A stretch of DNA of 64,000 nt from Mobula hypostoma (Eukaryota). The stretch covers positions 202,680,001-202,744,000 of the forward strand of contig NC_086100.1 of assembly GCF_963921235.1 (NCBI RefSeq), written 5' to 3'. The position numbers and the translations under genes are program-made. Under the pieces are notes generated by a model. That model ran no database searches, was not told the DNA's origin, and worked only from the letters and a program-made list of their open reading frames with translations. Shown in pieces: positions 50,739 through 61,859 of this stretch (within the stretch, counting starts at the first letter, position 1; the number at the start of each line of letters is the position of its first letter).

Positions 50739-51205
50739 AAGAAGGAAGGGGCAGAGACCCTATAAAGAAGATGGGGGAGGGTGGGAAGGAGAAGGCTGGT
50801 AGGTTCCAGGTGAAAAACCAGTAAGGGGAAAGACAAAGGGGTGGGGGCGAGAGGGGAAGCAGGGAGGGGATAGGCAGGAAAGATGAAGAAGGAAAACACA
50901 ATGGGTAGTAAAAGGAGGCAGAACCATGAGGGAAGTGATAGGCAGCTGGGGGAGGGGGCAGAGTGAAATAGGGATAAAGGAAGGGAGGGGGAGGGAATTA
51001 CCGGAAATTACCCGTCCCTCCCTCGCCCATCTCTCCCTCCCCTGTCTCTCGCTTCCTGTCTCATTCTCTCTCTCCCTGTCTCACTGCCTCCCCTATTCAC
51101 TCCCTTTATCTTTCCCCTTACTGGTTTTTCACCTGGAACCTACCAGCCTTCTCCTTCCCACCCTCCCCCCACCTTCTTTATAGGGCCTCTGCCCCCTCCC
51201 TCTTC

Positions 51206-51237
51206 AGTCCTGACGAAGGGTTCCGGCCCGAAACGTT
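51206..51237 (+). ncRNA. Minimal hammerhead core lacking the 3' strand of stem I
   Basis: agtc-CTGACGA-a-GGGT(tccg)GCCC-GAAAC-GTT, followed by a deletion relative to the other copies. Confidence 0.6.
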
Positions 51238-51487
51238 TCCACGGATACTGCCCGACCTGCTGAGTTCCTCCGGCGTGTTGTGAGTCTTGCTTTGACCCCA
51301 GCATCTGCAGATTATTTTGTGTTTGAGAGAGAGCAAGAGAGAGCCAGTGATGGGAGAGAGGGAGGGGAGACAGAGAGAGAGAAAGAGAGGGAGGGGGAGG
51401 GGGAGGGGTAGATATAGATATAGAGAGACGGGATATATATACAAGAGACAGGGAGCAAGAGAGAGACGGGCAGAGAGTAACAGTAGT

Positions 51488-52741
51488 TGGGGAAAATACT
51501 TGAAGCTGTCATTAAGGAAGAAATAGCAAAACATTTATTAAGGAGTGGTTCCGTTAGACAGACGCAGCATGGATTCAGAAAGGGCAGGTCCTGTTCGATG
51601 AACTTACTGGAGTTCTTTGAGGACAGCATGAGTGCAGTGGATAGAGGGGACCAGGTGGATGTTATATACTTGGATTTCCAGAAGGTGTTCGATAAAGTGC
51701 CACACAAGAGACCTATAAATAAGATTCAGATGCATGGAGTCGGAGGAAGTGTATTGGCATGGATAGTGGATTGGTTAACCAATAGAAGGCAGAGAGTTGG
51801 TATAAATGGGTGTTTCTCCAGTTGGACTGAGTGTAGCATAGCAAAATTTGCTGAGTGGAAAAGTAAATTGTACAGAGGATGTGGAGAGTCTGCAGACGGA
51901 TAGAGATAGGTTAAGTGAGTGGGCTAAGGTCTGGCAGATGGGATACAATGTTGGTAAATGCGAGATCATCCACTTTGGAAGGAATAACAGAAGAGCAGAT
52001 TATAATTTAAATGGTGAAAGATTGCAGCATGCTGTTGTGCGGAGGGACTCGGGAGTGCTTGTGCATGAATCGCAAAAAGTTGGTTTGCAGGTACAACAGG
52101 TTATTAAGAAGGCAAATGCCAGAGGGATTGAATTCAAGAGCAGGGAGGTCATGCTGCAACTATACAGGGTACTGGTGAGGCCGCACCTGGAGTACTGCGT
52201 GCAGTTCTGGTCTGCATACTTGAGGAAGGATATACTGGCTTTGGAGGCAGTGCAGAGGAGGTTCAACAGTTTGATTCTAGGGATGAAGGGGTTAACCTAT
52301 GAGGAGAGATTGAGTTGCCTGGGACTATACTCTCTGGAATTCAGAAGAATGAGAGGGAATCTTATAGAAACATACAAAATTTTGAAAGGGATTGATAAGA
52401 TAGACGTAGGAAAGTTGTTTCCATTGGTAGGTGAGACTAGAACTAGGGGACATTGCCTCAAGATTCAGGGAGAAGATTTAGGATGGAGATGAGAAACTAT
52501 TTTTCCCAGAGAGTGGTGAATCTGTGGAATTCTCTTCTCAGGGAAGCAGTTGAATATATTTAACTAAGTATATTTAAGATACAGTTAGATAGATTTTTTA
52601 CACAGTAGGGGAATTAAGGGTTATGGGGAAAAGGATGGAGCTGAGTTTACGGACAGATCAGCCATGATCTTATTGAATGGCGGGGCAGGCTCAATGGGCC
52701 GAATGGTCTACTTCTGCTCCTATTTCTTATGTTCTTATGTT
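51488..52741 (+). mobile_element. 5'-truncated CR1 with an internal deletion
   Basis: QHGFRKGRSC..DFQK.FDKVPH; RPHLEYCVQFW; ttcttatg tail. Confidence 0.92.
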
Positions 52742-53663
52742 GACAGGAGAGAGCAAATGTCTGTCTCCCACCCCTGTCTTCTAAGGCCGAGCTAATTATG
52801 AATTCAATCTTTCAACGTTCCAAGGAATGTGGTAAACTGCAGACAGTATTGGACTCTGCCCAATTCACCACAAGCACATTATTTCCCACCATCAGTAGCA
52901 GCTACAAGTAACACTAACTCAAGAAGACAACATCCATCTTCAAAGTTTCCCACCACCCAGGCCAGACCGTCATACTATTGCACAGGAAGTATAGAGCTTG
53001 TTGTCCCACATCACCAGACTTCCCTTCAACCATTCACTTCTTGAATAAACCCTGAACAGTACAATTTAGCACCACTTTTTGAGGGGTGAATGAATTCTTT
53101 TTTCCTCAGGGTTGGGGAATCAGGAACTAGATAGTATAGGTTTACAGTGAGTTACAACTGGAACTTGAGGGACAACTTATTTTACCCAATTTGTAGTGTG
53201 CATATGGAGTGAGCTGCCAGAGGAAGAGTTTGAGGCAAATACAATAACAACTTTTTAAGGACATATGGATATGTATATGGATTGGGAAGGTTCAGAACTT
53301 TGGGCCAAATACACACAAATGGAACCATCTTGAACGGGGCATCTTTGGCCAGCATGGGCCAGCTGGGCCCATTTCTGTGCTGAGACTATGACCGTATCTT
53401 AAAGCAAATCTGATTTAAACTTCCCCCTTTACTATTTCGTGCTCTTTGGTATTTAATATTTCCACCCTAGGTTAAGAGGTTCTGACTCTCTATCTTATCT
53501 GTCTTTCACAATTGATAAGCTTCTGTCACGGCATGGTCTCTTTGGGCTGAAGGGCCGGTACTTGTGCTGTTTTGCTCTATAAGATAAGCTGTGAGGAAGA
53601 TATGGACAGAAAAGCAGAAAAAGCATTAGAAAGTGAGACAGTGAGACAAAGAATGAAACTTAC

Positions 53664-53758
53664 CACTTCCGACAACCTTGAGACTGTGTGTTCGGAAACT
53701 GCTGTGGACCACTGAAAGAGACAGGCTGGTGTGGGCTAAAAGGTGATATTTTGGGCCC
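53664..53758 (-). CDS. RTKN: Rhotekin coding exon (end of anillin-homology region), 95 nt, phase 2 to phase 1
   Basis: Minus strand reads ttacag|G GGC CCA AAA TAT...GGA AGT G|gtaagt. Encodes GPKYHLLAHTSLSLSVVHSSFRTHSLKVVGS, matching recalled rhotekin GPRYHLLAHTTLTL..FRTHDL. Phase fits the next exon (G|AG = Glu). Confidence 0.92.
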
Positions 53759-54399
53759 CTGTAATTTGAGGTAAGAAAGGAGATGCATTTTAAGTAACTT
53801 TTCTGCCCTGCACTCACTGAGCACACACACTTAAAACCCACATTCACATGCTGCAAGCCCAGAGACCCAAGAAAGACTCTGCTGATCTGGAAACTGGAGT
53901 AAAAACCAAACTCCTAGAGGAATTCTCAGGTCAAGAAGACAACAAAGGGATGAGACACTGAATGAGGAACATTCTTTCGCCTCCACAGATGCTCTTCAAC
54001 TCTGAGTTGCTCCAGCAGTCTGCAAATACAAAGCCTCTTTGTTAGATAGGTCCAAATGGCACACACACACCCACTTTCTCAACAGCTGTCAAATTTCCAG
54101 TAATAATTAATTTCCCCTGAAGGTTTCAGCTGGAATTGTGTCCTTCACTGCCTCTGCTTCAGATCGATCAGCCTCTACACCTCATCTCTCTGGTTGCCAT
54201 AAATCATCACCTTGTCGAATCCAGTCGGCCTCACAGCCAAAGTATCATACGTCACAGAAACAGGCCCATTGGACAGTGCCAATAATTACCATCTGTACTA
54301 ACACTCTTCACCTGCACCTTGGTGAGTCAAGTGCTTGTGCAAGGTCATTGGAGCCCAGTCCCATTTGCCTGAGTTTGGCTCATATCCTTCTAAATGGAC

Positions 54400-55890
54400 A
54401 TTGCGTAGGTAGAAGAAATGAGTTTTGTTAGGCATTAAGTACGAGTTAAAATTAGTTCAGCACAACAATGTGGGTCAAGGTGCTGTACATATCTGTGTTC
54501 TCTGTTCTAAAAGTTGTTAATGTACCTCCTCAACCACGTCCTCTGGCAATTCATTTAGTTAACTCAAGGGTAACTCAAAAGAAGTTAACTTGAGGGTCAA
54601 CTGAATAAAAGTTATCCCTCGAGTTCCTAATATATACTTCCCCTTCTCATTTTTCAATGCCCTGCAGTTCTTGACTCCTTAATCTTGGGAGAAAAGACCG
54701 AGTGCATTAAAGCTACCTGTGCCTCCATGGTTTTAGACACCTCTGCAAATCACTCTTGTGCTCCAGTGAATGAATTCCAAGACTGTTCGATCTCTCCCTA
54801 TAATTCAGTCCCTTAAGTCCTGGCAACATAATTGGAAATCTACTCTGCACTCCTTCCAATTTATGGTAGGGTGACCAAAACTGAACACATTAATCCAAAT
54901 GCAGCCTCCCCAATTTATAACTGTGATGTAAACTCCCAACTTCTGTACTGAGTGTCCTGACTGAAGGTCAGCATGCTGAAAGCTGCTTTTCAACTCCCTG
55001 TCTGCCAGTGACCCCACTTTCAGGTAACCATGCACCTGTACTCCACTAACACCACAAACATTATAAAACAGGCCATAATCAGCATGGTTTCCTCAAGGGA
55101 AAATCATGCCTGGAAAATCTGTTGAAATTCTTCGAAGAAATTTCAAGTAGAATAGACAAAAGAGAATTGGTTGATGTACTTGAGTTTTCAGAAGGTCTTT
55201 GACAAGGTGCCACATATGAGATTGCTTAACAAGCTACAAGCCTAAGGTATTACAGGACAGCATGGATACAACAGTGGCTGATTGGCAGGAGGCAAAGTGC
55301 GGGAATAAAGGGAGCCTCTTCTGTTGGCTGCCAGTGACTCATGGTGTTCCACAGGGGTCTCTGTTGTGACTGATTATTTTGACATTCTATGTCCAGAACT
55401 GGCTTGCCCACAGAAGGCAAAGAGTGGTTGTAGACGGGGTCATATTCTGCATGGAGGTTGGTGACCAGTGGTGTGCCTCAGGGATCTGTTCTGGGACCCC
55501 TACTCTTTCTGGTTTTTATAAATGACCTGTATGAGGAAGTGGAGGGATAGGTTAATAAATTTGCTGATGACACAAAGGTTGGGGGTGTTGTGGATAGTGT
55601 GGAGAGCTGTCAGAGGTTACAGTGGGACATTGATAGGATGCAAAACAGGGCTGAGAAGTGGCAGATGGAGTTCAACCCAGTTAAGTGTGAAGTGGTTCAT
55701 TTTGGTCGGTCAAATATGCTGGCAGAATATAGTATTAATGGTTAGACTCTTGGCAGTGTGGAGGATCAGAGGGATCTTGGGGTCTGAGTCCATAGGACAC
55801 TAAAAGCAGCTGCGCAGGTTCACTCTGTGGTTAAGAAGGCGTATGGTGTATTGGCCTTCATCAATTGTGGAATTGAGTTCAAGAGCCGAG
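54400..55890. mobile_element. Mosaic of decayed CR1 fragments
   Basis: Minus 54510-55045, plus 55070-55392 and plus 55393-55890 (RT motifs). Confidence 0.8.
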
Positions 55891-57079
55891 AGGCAAGACT
55901 GCGCAGGCGCGTGACATCAGCCAGTAGAGCGCAAAAGGTTTAAAAAGGCAAGGAATCTGCCACAGGTTTTGATTCGGAGCAAGAAGGCTGCGAGTGAATG
56001 GCTGATGTTCGGAGCCAAGCCAGTTTTTACCACTCGGGGTAAAAGAGAGGCAAGACTGCAGGCGCGTGACGTCAGCCAGTAGAGCACGAAAGATTTAAAA
56101 AGAAGACCGCCATATCCAGCGGACAGTTGAGTGAGAGGCAGCAGAGTGATAGGGCTTTGGCTCAACGGGCTTAGGCGGTAACGGGACGAGGCGAGGTAGG
56201 TTTACCTGTGTTATTTGTGGAATGGAAGTATGTGTGTGAGGCCAGTTTTCTGTGCTTGGTGTTGGATGTGGGAGGTCCTGGAGTCTCCCAGCCTCCCGGA
56301 TGGCCATATCTGCACCAGGTGTGTCGAGCTGCAGCTCCTGAGAGACCGAGATAGGGAACTGGAGATGCAGCTCAATGACCTTTGCCTGGTCATGGAGAGC
56401 GAGGAGGTGATAGAAAGGAGTTATAGGCAGGTGGTCACACCGAGGCCACGGGAGACAGACAAGTGGGTCACAGTCAGGAGGGGGAAGGGGAAGAGTCAGG
56501 TGCTAGGGAGTACCCCTGTGGCTGTACCCCTTGACAATAGGTACTCCTGTTTGAGTACTGTTGCGGGGGACAGCCCACCTGGGGAAAGCAACAGTGGCCG
56601 TGCCTCTGGCACAGAGTCCAGCCCTGTGGCTCAAAAGGGTAGGGAAAGGAAGAGGAAGGCAATAGTGATAGGCGACTCTATAGTTAGGGGGGTCAGACAG
56701 GCGATTCTATGGACGCAGGAAAGAAGCGCAGAGGGTAGTCTGCCTCCCAGGTGCCAGGGTCCGAGATGTTTCAGATCGCGTCCAAGATATCCTGCAGTGG
56801 GAGGGAGAACAGGCAGAGGTCGTGGTACATATTGGTACCAATGACATAGGTAGGAAAAAGGAGGAGGTCCTGAAAAAAAACTACATGGAGTTAGGAAGAA
56901 AGTTGAGAAGCAGGACCTCAAAGGTAGTAATCTCGGGATTGCTGCCTGTGCCACGTGACAGTGAGTATAGGAATAGAGTGAGGTGGAGGATAAATGTGTG
57001 ACTGAGGGATTGGAGCAGGGGCAGGTGTGACCTGTACAAAAAGGATGGGTTGCACTTCAATCCCAGGGGGACCAGTATC

Positions 57080-57762
57080 TTTATTCCCAGGTCAAAAGCT
57101 TTAAATTCCTCAGGTCAATATCACAAATGACCTGACTTGGTCCAACCAAGCAGAGTCCACTGCCAAGAAGGCCCACCAGCGCCTTTACTTCCTGAGAAAG
57201 CTAAAGAAATTTGGCCTGTCCCCTAAAACCCTCACTAATTTTATATATGCACCGTAGAAAGCATTCTTCTAGGGTGCATCACAACCTGGTATGGAATTTG
57301 TCCTGTCCAAGACCGGAAGAAGCTGCAGAAGATCGTGAACATGGCGCAGCACATATCACAAACCAATCTTCCGTCCTTGGACTCACCTTAAACTGCACGC
57401 TGTCAGAGCAGTGCTGCCAGGATAATCAAGGACGCGACCCACCCAGCCAACACACTTTTCATCCCTCTTCCCTCCGGGAGCTTGAAGACTCGTACGGCCA
57501 GATTTGGGAACAGCTTCTTTCCAACTGTGATAAGACTGCTGAACGGATCCTGACCCGGATCTGGGCCATACCCTCCAAATACCCAGACCTGCCTCTCGGT
57601 TTTTTTGCACTACTTTACTTTCCCTTTTCTATTTTCAATTTATGATTTATAATTTAAATTTTTAATACTTACTATTGATTTGTACTCCAGGGAGCATGAA
57701 GCACAGAAACAAATATCGCTGTGATGATTGTACATCAGTTGTTTGGCAACCATAAAGTATAA
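57080..57762 (+). mobile_element. Rex1/Babar-type LINE 3' fragment with AGTATC TSD
   Basis: AKKAHQRLYFLRKLKKFGLSPKTLTNFY..VESILLGCITTWYG; (taaagta)2 tail; agtatc at 57074-57079 and 57763-57768. Confidence 0.85.
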
Positions 57763-58916
57763 AGTATCCTGGCCGGGAGGTTTGCTAAGGCTACTGGGCA
57801 GAGTTTAAACTAGAATTGTTGAGGGTAGGAACCAAACTGAAGAGACGGAGGAAGAGGCAGTTGGCTCACAAATAGAGAAAGCTTGTAGACAGTGTGAGAG
57901 GGAGGATAGGCAGGTGATAGAGAAGGGACACGCTCAGACCGAAGGTTTGAGATGTGTCTATTTTAGCACAAGGAGTATTGTGAACAAAGCGAATGAGCTT
58001 AGAGCGTGGATCAGTACTTGGAGCTATGATCTGCTGGCCATTACGGAGACTTGGATGGCTCAGGGACAGGAATGGTTACTTCAAGTCCCTGGTTTTAGAT
58101 GTTTCAGAAAGGACAGGGAGGAAGGCAAAGGAGGTCGGAGCGTGGCAGTGTTATCAGAAAAGGAGGATGTCATGGAGGGATTGTCTACGGAGTCTCTGTG
58201 GGTGGAGGTTAGGAACAGGAAGGGGTCAATAACTTTACTGGGTATTTTTTAAAAGGCCACCCAATAGTAACAGGGATATCGAGGAGCAGGTAGGGAAACA
58301 GATCCTGGAAAGGTGTAATAATAACAGAGTTGTCGTGATGGGAGATTTTAATTTCCCAAATATCGACTGGCATCTCCCTAGAGCAAGGGGTTTAGATGGG
58401 GTGGAGTTTGTTAGGTGTGTTCAGGAAGGTTTTTTGACACAGTATGTAGATAACCCTACAAGAGGAGAGGCTATACTTGATTTGGTATTGGGAAATGAAC
58501 CTGGTCAAGTGTCAGATCTCACACTGGGAGAGCATTTTGGAGATAGTGATCACAATTCTATCTCCTTTACAATCGTATTTGAGAGAGATAGGAACAGAGA
58601 AGTTAAAAAAGCATTTAATTGGAGTAAGGGGAATTATGAAGCTATCAGGAGGAAATTGGAGGCTTAAATTGGAAACAGATGTTCTCAGGGAAAAGTACGA
58701 AAGAAATGTGGCAAATATTCAGGGGACATTTATGTGGAGTTCTGCATAGATACGTTCCAATGAGACAGGGAAGTTATGGTAGGGTATAGGAACTGTGGTG
58801 TACAAAGGCTGTAATAAATCTAGTCAAGAAGAAAAGCTTACAAAAGGTTCAGAGAGCTAGGTACCGTTGGAGATCTAGAAGATTATAAAGCTAATAGGAC
58901 GGAGCTTAAGAAGGAA

Positions 58917-61859
58917 CCTGGCAGGGAACATAAAAACTGACTGTAAAAGCTTTTATAGATATGTGAAAAGAAAAAGATTGGTTAAGACAAATGTAGGTCC
59001 CTTACAGTCAGAAACAGGTGAATTGATTATGGGGAACAAGGACATGGCAGACCAATTGAATAATTACTTTGGTTCTGTCTTCACTAAGGAGGACATAAAT
59101 AATCTTCCGGAAATAGTAGGGGACCGAGGGTCTAGTGAGATGTAGGAACTGAGGGAAATACATGTTAGTAGGGAAGTGGTGTTAGGTAAATTGAAGGGAT
59201 TGAAGGCAGATAAATCCCCAGGGCCAGATGGTCTGCATCCCAGAGTGCTTAAGGAAGTAGCCCAAGAAATAGTGGATGCATTAGTGATAATTTTTCAAAA
59301 CTTTTTAGATTCTGGATTAATTCCTGAGGATTGGAGGGTTGCTAATGTAACACCACTTTTTAAAAATGGAGGGAGAGAGAAACCAGGGAATTATAGACCG
59401 GTTAGCCTAACATCGGTGGTGGGGAAACTGCTAGAGTCAGTTGTCAAAGATGTGATAACAGCATATTTGGAAAGCGGTGAAATCATCGGACAAAGTCAGC
59501 AGGGACTTGTGAAAGGAAAATCATGTCTGACGAATCTCATAGAATTTTTTGAGGACATAACTAGCAGAGTGGATAGGGGAGAACCAGTGGATGTGGTATA
59601 TTTGGATTTTCAGAAGGCTTTTGACAAGGTCCCACACAGGAGATTAGTGTGCAAACTTAAAGCACACGGTATTGGGGGTAAGGTATTGATGTGGTAGCGA
59701 TGCAGGTGGATGCTTTCCTGGTGTCATGGATTCTTGATTACCTGACTGGCAGACCACAGTATGTGTGCTTGCAACACTGTGTGTCCGACAGAGTAATCAG
59801 CAGCACTGGGGCTCCACAGGGGACTGTCTTGTCTCCCTTTCTCTTCACCATTTACATCTCGGACTTCAACTACTGCACAGAGTCTTGTCATCTTCAGAAG
59901 TTTTCTGATGACTCTGCCATAGTTGGATGCATCAGCAAGGGAGATGAGGCTGAGTACAGGGCTACGGTAGGAAACTTTGTCACATGGTGTGAGCAGAATT
60001 ATCTGCAGCTTAATGTGAAAAAGACTAAGGAGCTGGTGGTAGACCTGAGGAGAGCTAAGGTACCGGTGACCCCTGTTTCCATCCAGGGGGTCAGTGTGAA
60101 CATGGTGGAGGATTACAAATACCTGGGGGTACGAATTGACAATAAACTGGACTGGTCAAAGAACACTGAGGCTGTCTACAAGAAGGGTCAGAGCCGTCTC
60201 TATTTCCTGAGGAGACTGAGGTCCTTTAACATCTGTCAGACAATGCTGAGGATGTTCTATGAGTCTGTGGTGGCCAGTGTGATCATGTTTGCTGTTGTGT
60301 GCTGGGGCAGCAGGCTGAGGGTAGCAGACACCAACAGAATCAACAAACTCATTCGTAAGGCCAGTGATGTTGTGGGGATGGAACTGGACTCTCTCACGGT
60401 GGTGTCTGAAAAGAGGATGCTGTCCAAGTTGCATGCCATCTTGGACAATGTCTCCCATCCACTACATAATGTACTGGTTGGGCACAGGAGTACATTCAGC
60501 CAGAGACTCATTCCACCGAGATGCAGCACAGAGCGTCATAGGAAGTCATTCCTGCCTGTGGCAATCAAACTTTACAACTCCTCCCTTGGAAGGTCAGACA
60601 CCCTGAGCCAATAGGCTGGTCCTGGACTTATTTCCTGGCGTAATTTACATATTACTATTTAATTATTTATGGTTTTAATTACTATTTAATTATTTATGGT
60701 GCAACTTTAACGAAAACCAATTTCCCCTGGGATTAATAAAGTATGACTATGACTATGTGGATAGAGAATTGGTTGGCAGACAGGAAGCAAAGAGTGGGAA
60801 TAAACGGGACCTTTTCAGAATGGCAGGCAGGGACTAGTGGGGTACCGTAAGGCTCAGTGCTGGGACCCCAGTTGTTTACAATCTATATTAATGACTTGGA
60901 TGAGGGAATTAAATGCAGCATCTCCAAGTTTGCGGATGACATGAAGCTGGGCGGCAGTGTTAGTTGTGAGGAGGATGCTAAGAGGATGCAGGGTGACTTG
61001 GATAGGTTGGGTGAGTGGGCAAATTCATGGCAGATCCAATTTAATGTGGATAAATGTGAAGTTATCCACTTTGGTGGCAAAAACAGGAAAACAGATTATT
61101 ATCTGAATGGTGGCCGATTAGGAAAAGGGGAGGTGCAACGATACCTGGGTGTCATTATACACCAGTCATTGAAAGTGGGCATGCAGGTACAGCAGGTGGT
61201 GAAAAAGGCGAATGGTATGCTGGTATTTATAGCGAGAGGATTCGAGTACAGGAGCAGGGAGGTACTACTGCAGTTGTACAAGTCCTTGGTGAGAGCACAC
61301 CTGGAGTATTGTGTGCAGCTTTGGTCCCCTAATCTGAGGAAAGACATCCTTGCCATAGAGGGAGTACAAAGAATGTTCACCAGATTGATTCCTGGGATGG
61401 CAGGACTTTCATATGATGAAAGACTGGATCGACTAGGCTTATACTCGCTGGAATTTTGAAGATTGAGGGAGGATCTGATTGAAACGTATAAAATTCTAAA
61501 GGGATTGGACAGGCTAGATGCAGGAAGATTGTTCACGATGTTGGGGAAGTCCAGAACGAGGGGTCACAGTTTGAGGATAAAGGGGAAGCCTTTTAGGACT
61601 GAGATGAGGAAAAACTTCTTCACACAGGGAGTGGTGAATCTGTGGAATTCTCTGCCACAGGAAACAGTTGAGGCCAGTTCATTGGCTATATTTAAGAGGG
61701 AGTTAGATATGGCCCTTGTGGCTCAAGGGATCGGGGGTATGGAGAGAAGGCAGGTACATGGTTCTGAATTGGATGATCAGCTATAATCATACTGAATGGC
61801 GGTGCGGGCTCGAAAGGCCGAATGGCCTACTCCTGCACCTGTTTTCTACGTTTCTATAT
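58917..61859 (+). mobile_element. Second CR1 family nested in the host CR1, with AAGGAA TSD
   Basis: ORFs 59176-59697, 60857-61459 and 61463-61786; aaggaa at 58911-58916 and 61860-61865; same family as 43483-44050. Confidence 0.92.
59695..60754 (+). mobile_element. Young Rex1/Babar-type LINE, 5'-truncated, with intact RT C-terminal ORF and ATGTGG TSD
   Basis: WILDYLTGRPQYV..TGAPQGTVLSPFLF..QKFSDDSAIVG..SRLYFLRRL; aataaa plus (tatgac)n tail; atgtgg at 59689-59694 and 60755-60760. Confidence 0.9.

Larger units (their letters stand above)
50641..51325. mobile_element. Non-coding Penelope-terminal-repeat pair in inverted orientation (minus 50641-51008, plus ~51102-51325)
   Basis: 50641-50840 is the reverse complement of about 51102-51291; both match 45040-45410. 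Confidence 0.9.

Noticed and set aside
49897..50901. 334-aa ORF as a single-exon gene
   Set aside because: Only 50164-50270 is a real exon. The rest is CT-rich low complexity and Penelope terminus.
22930..53758. Assignment to RTKN2 or anillin
   Set aside because: EEVTHTL, QCCDE, GTNLFCY and SLYHE match RTKN better by recollection. A phylogeny would settle it.
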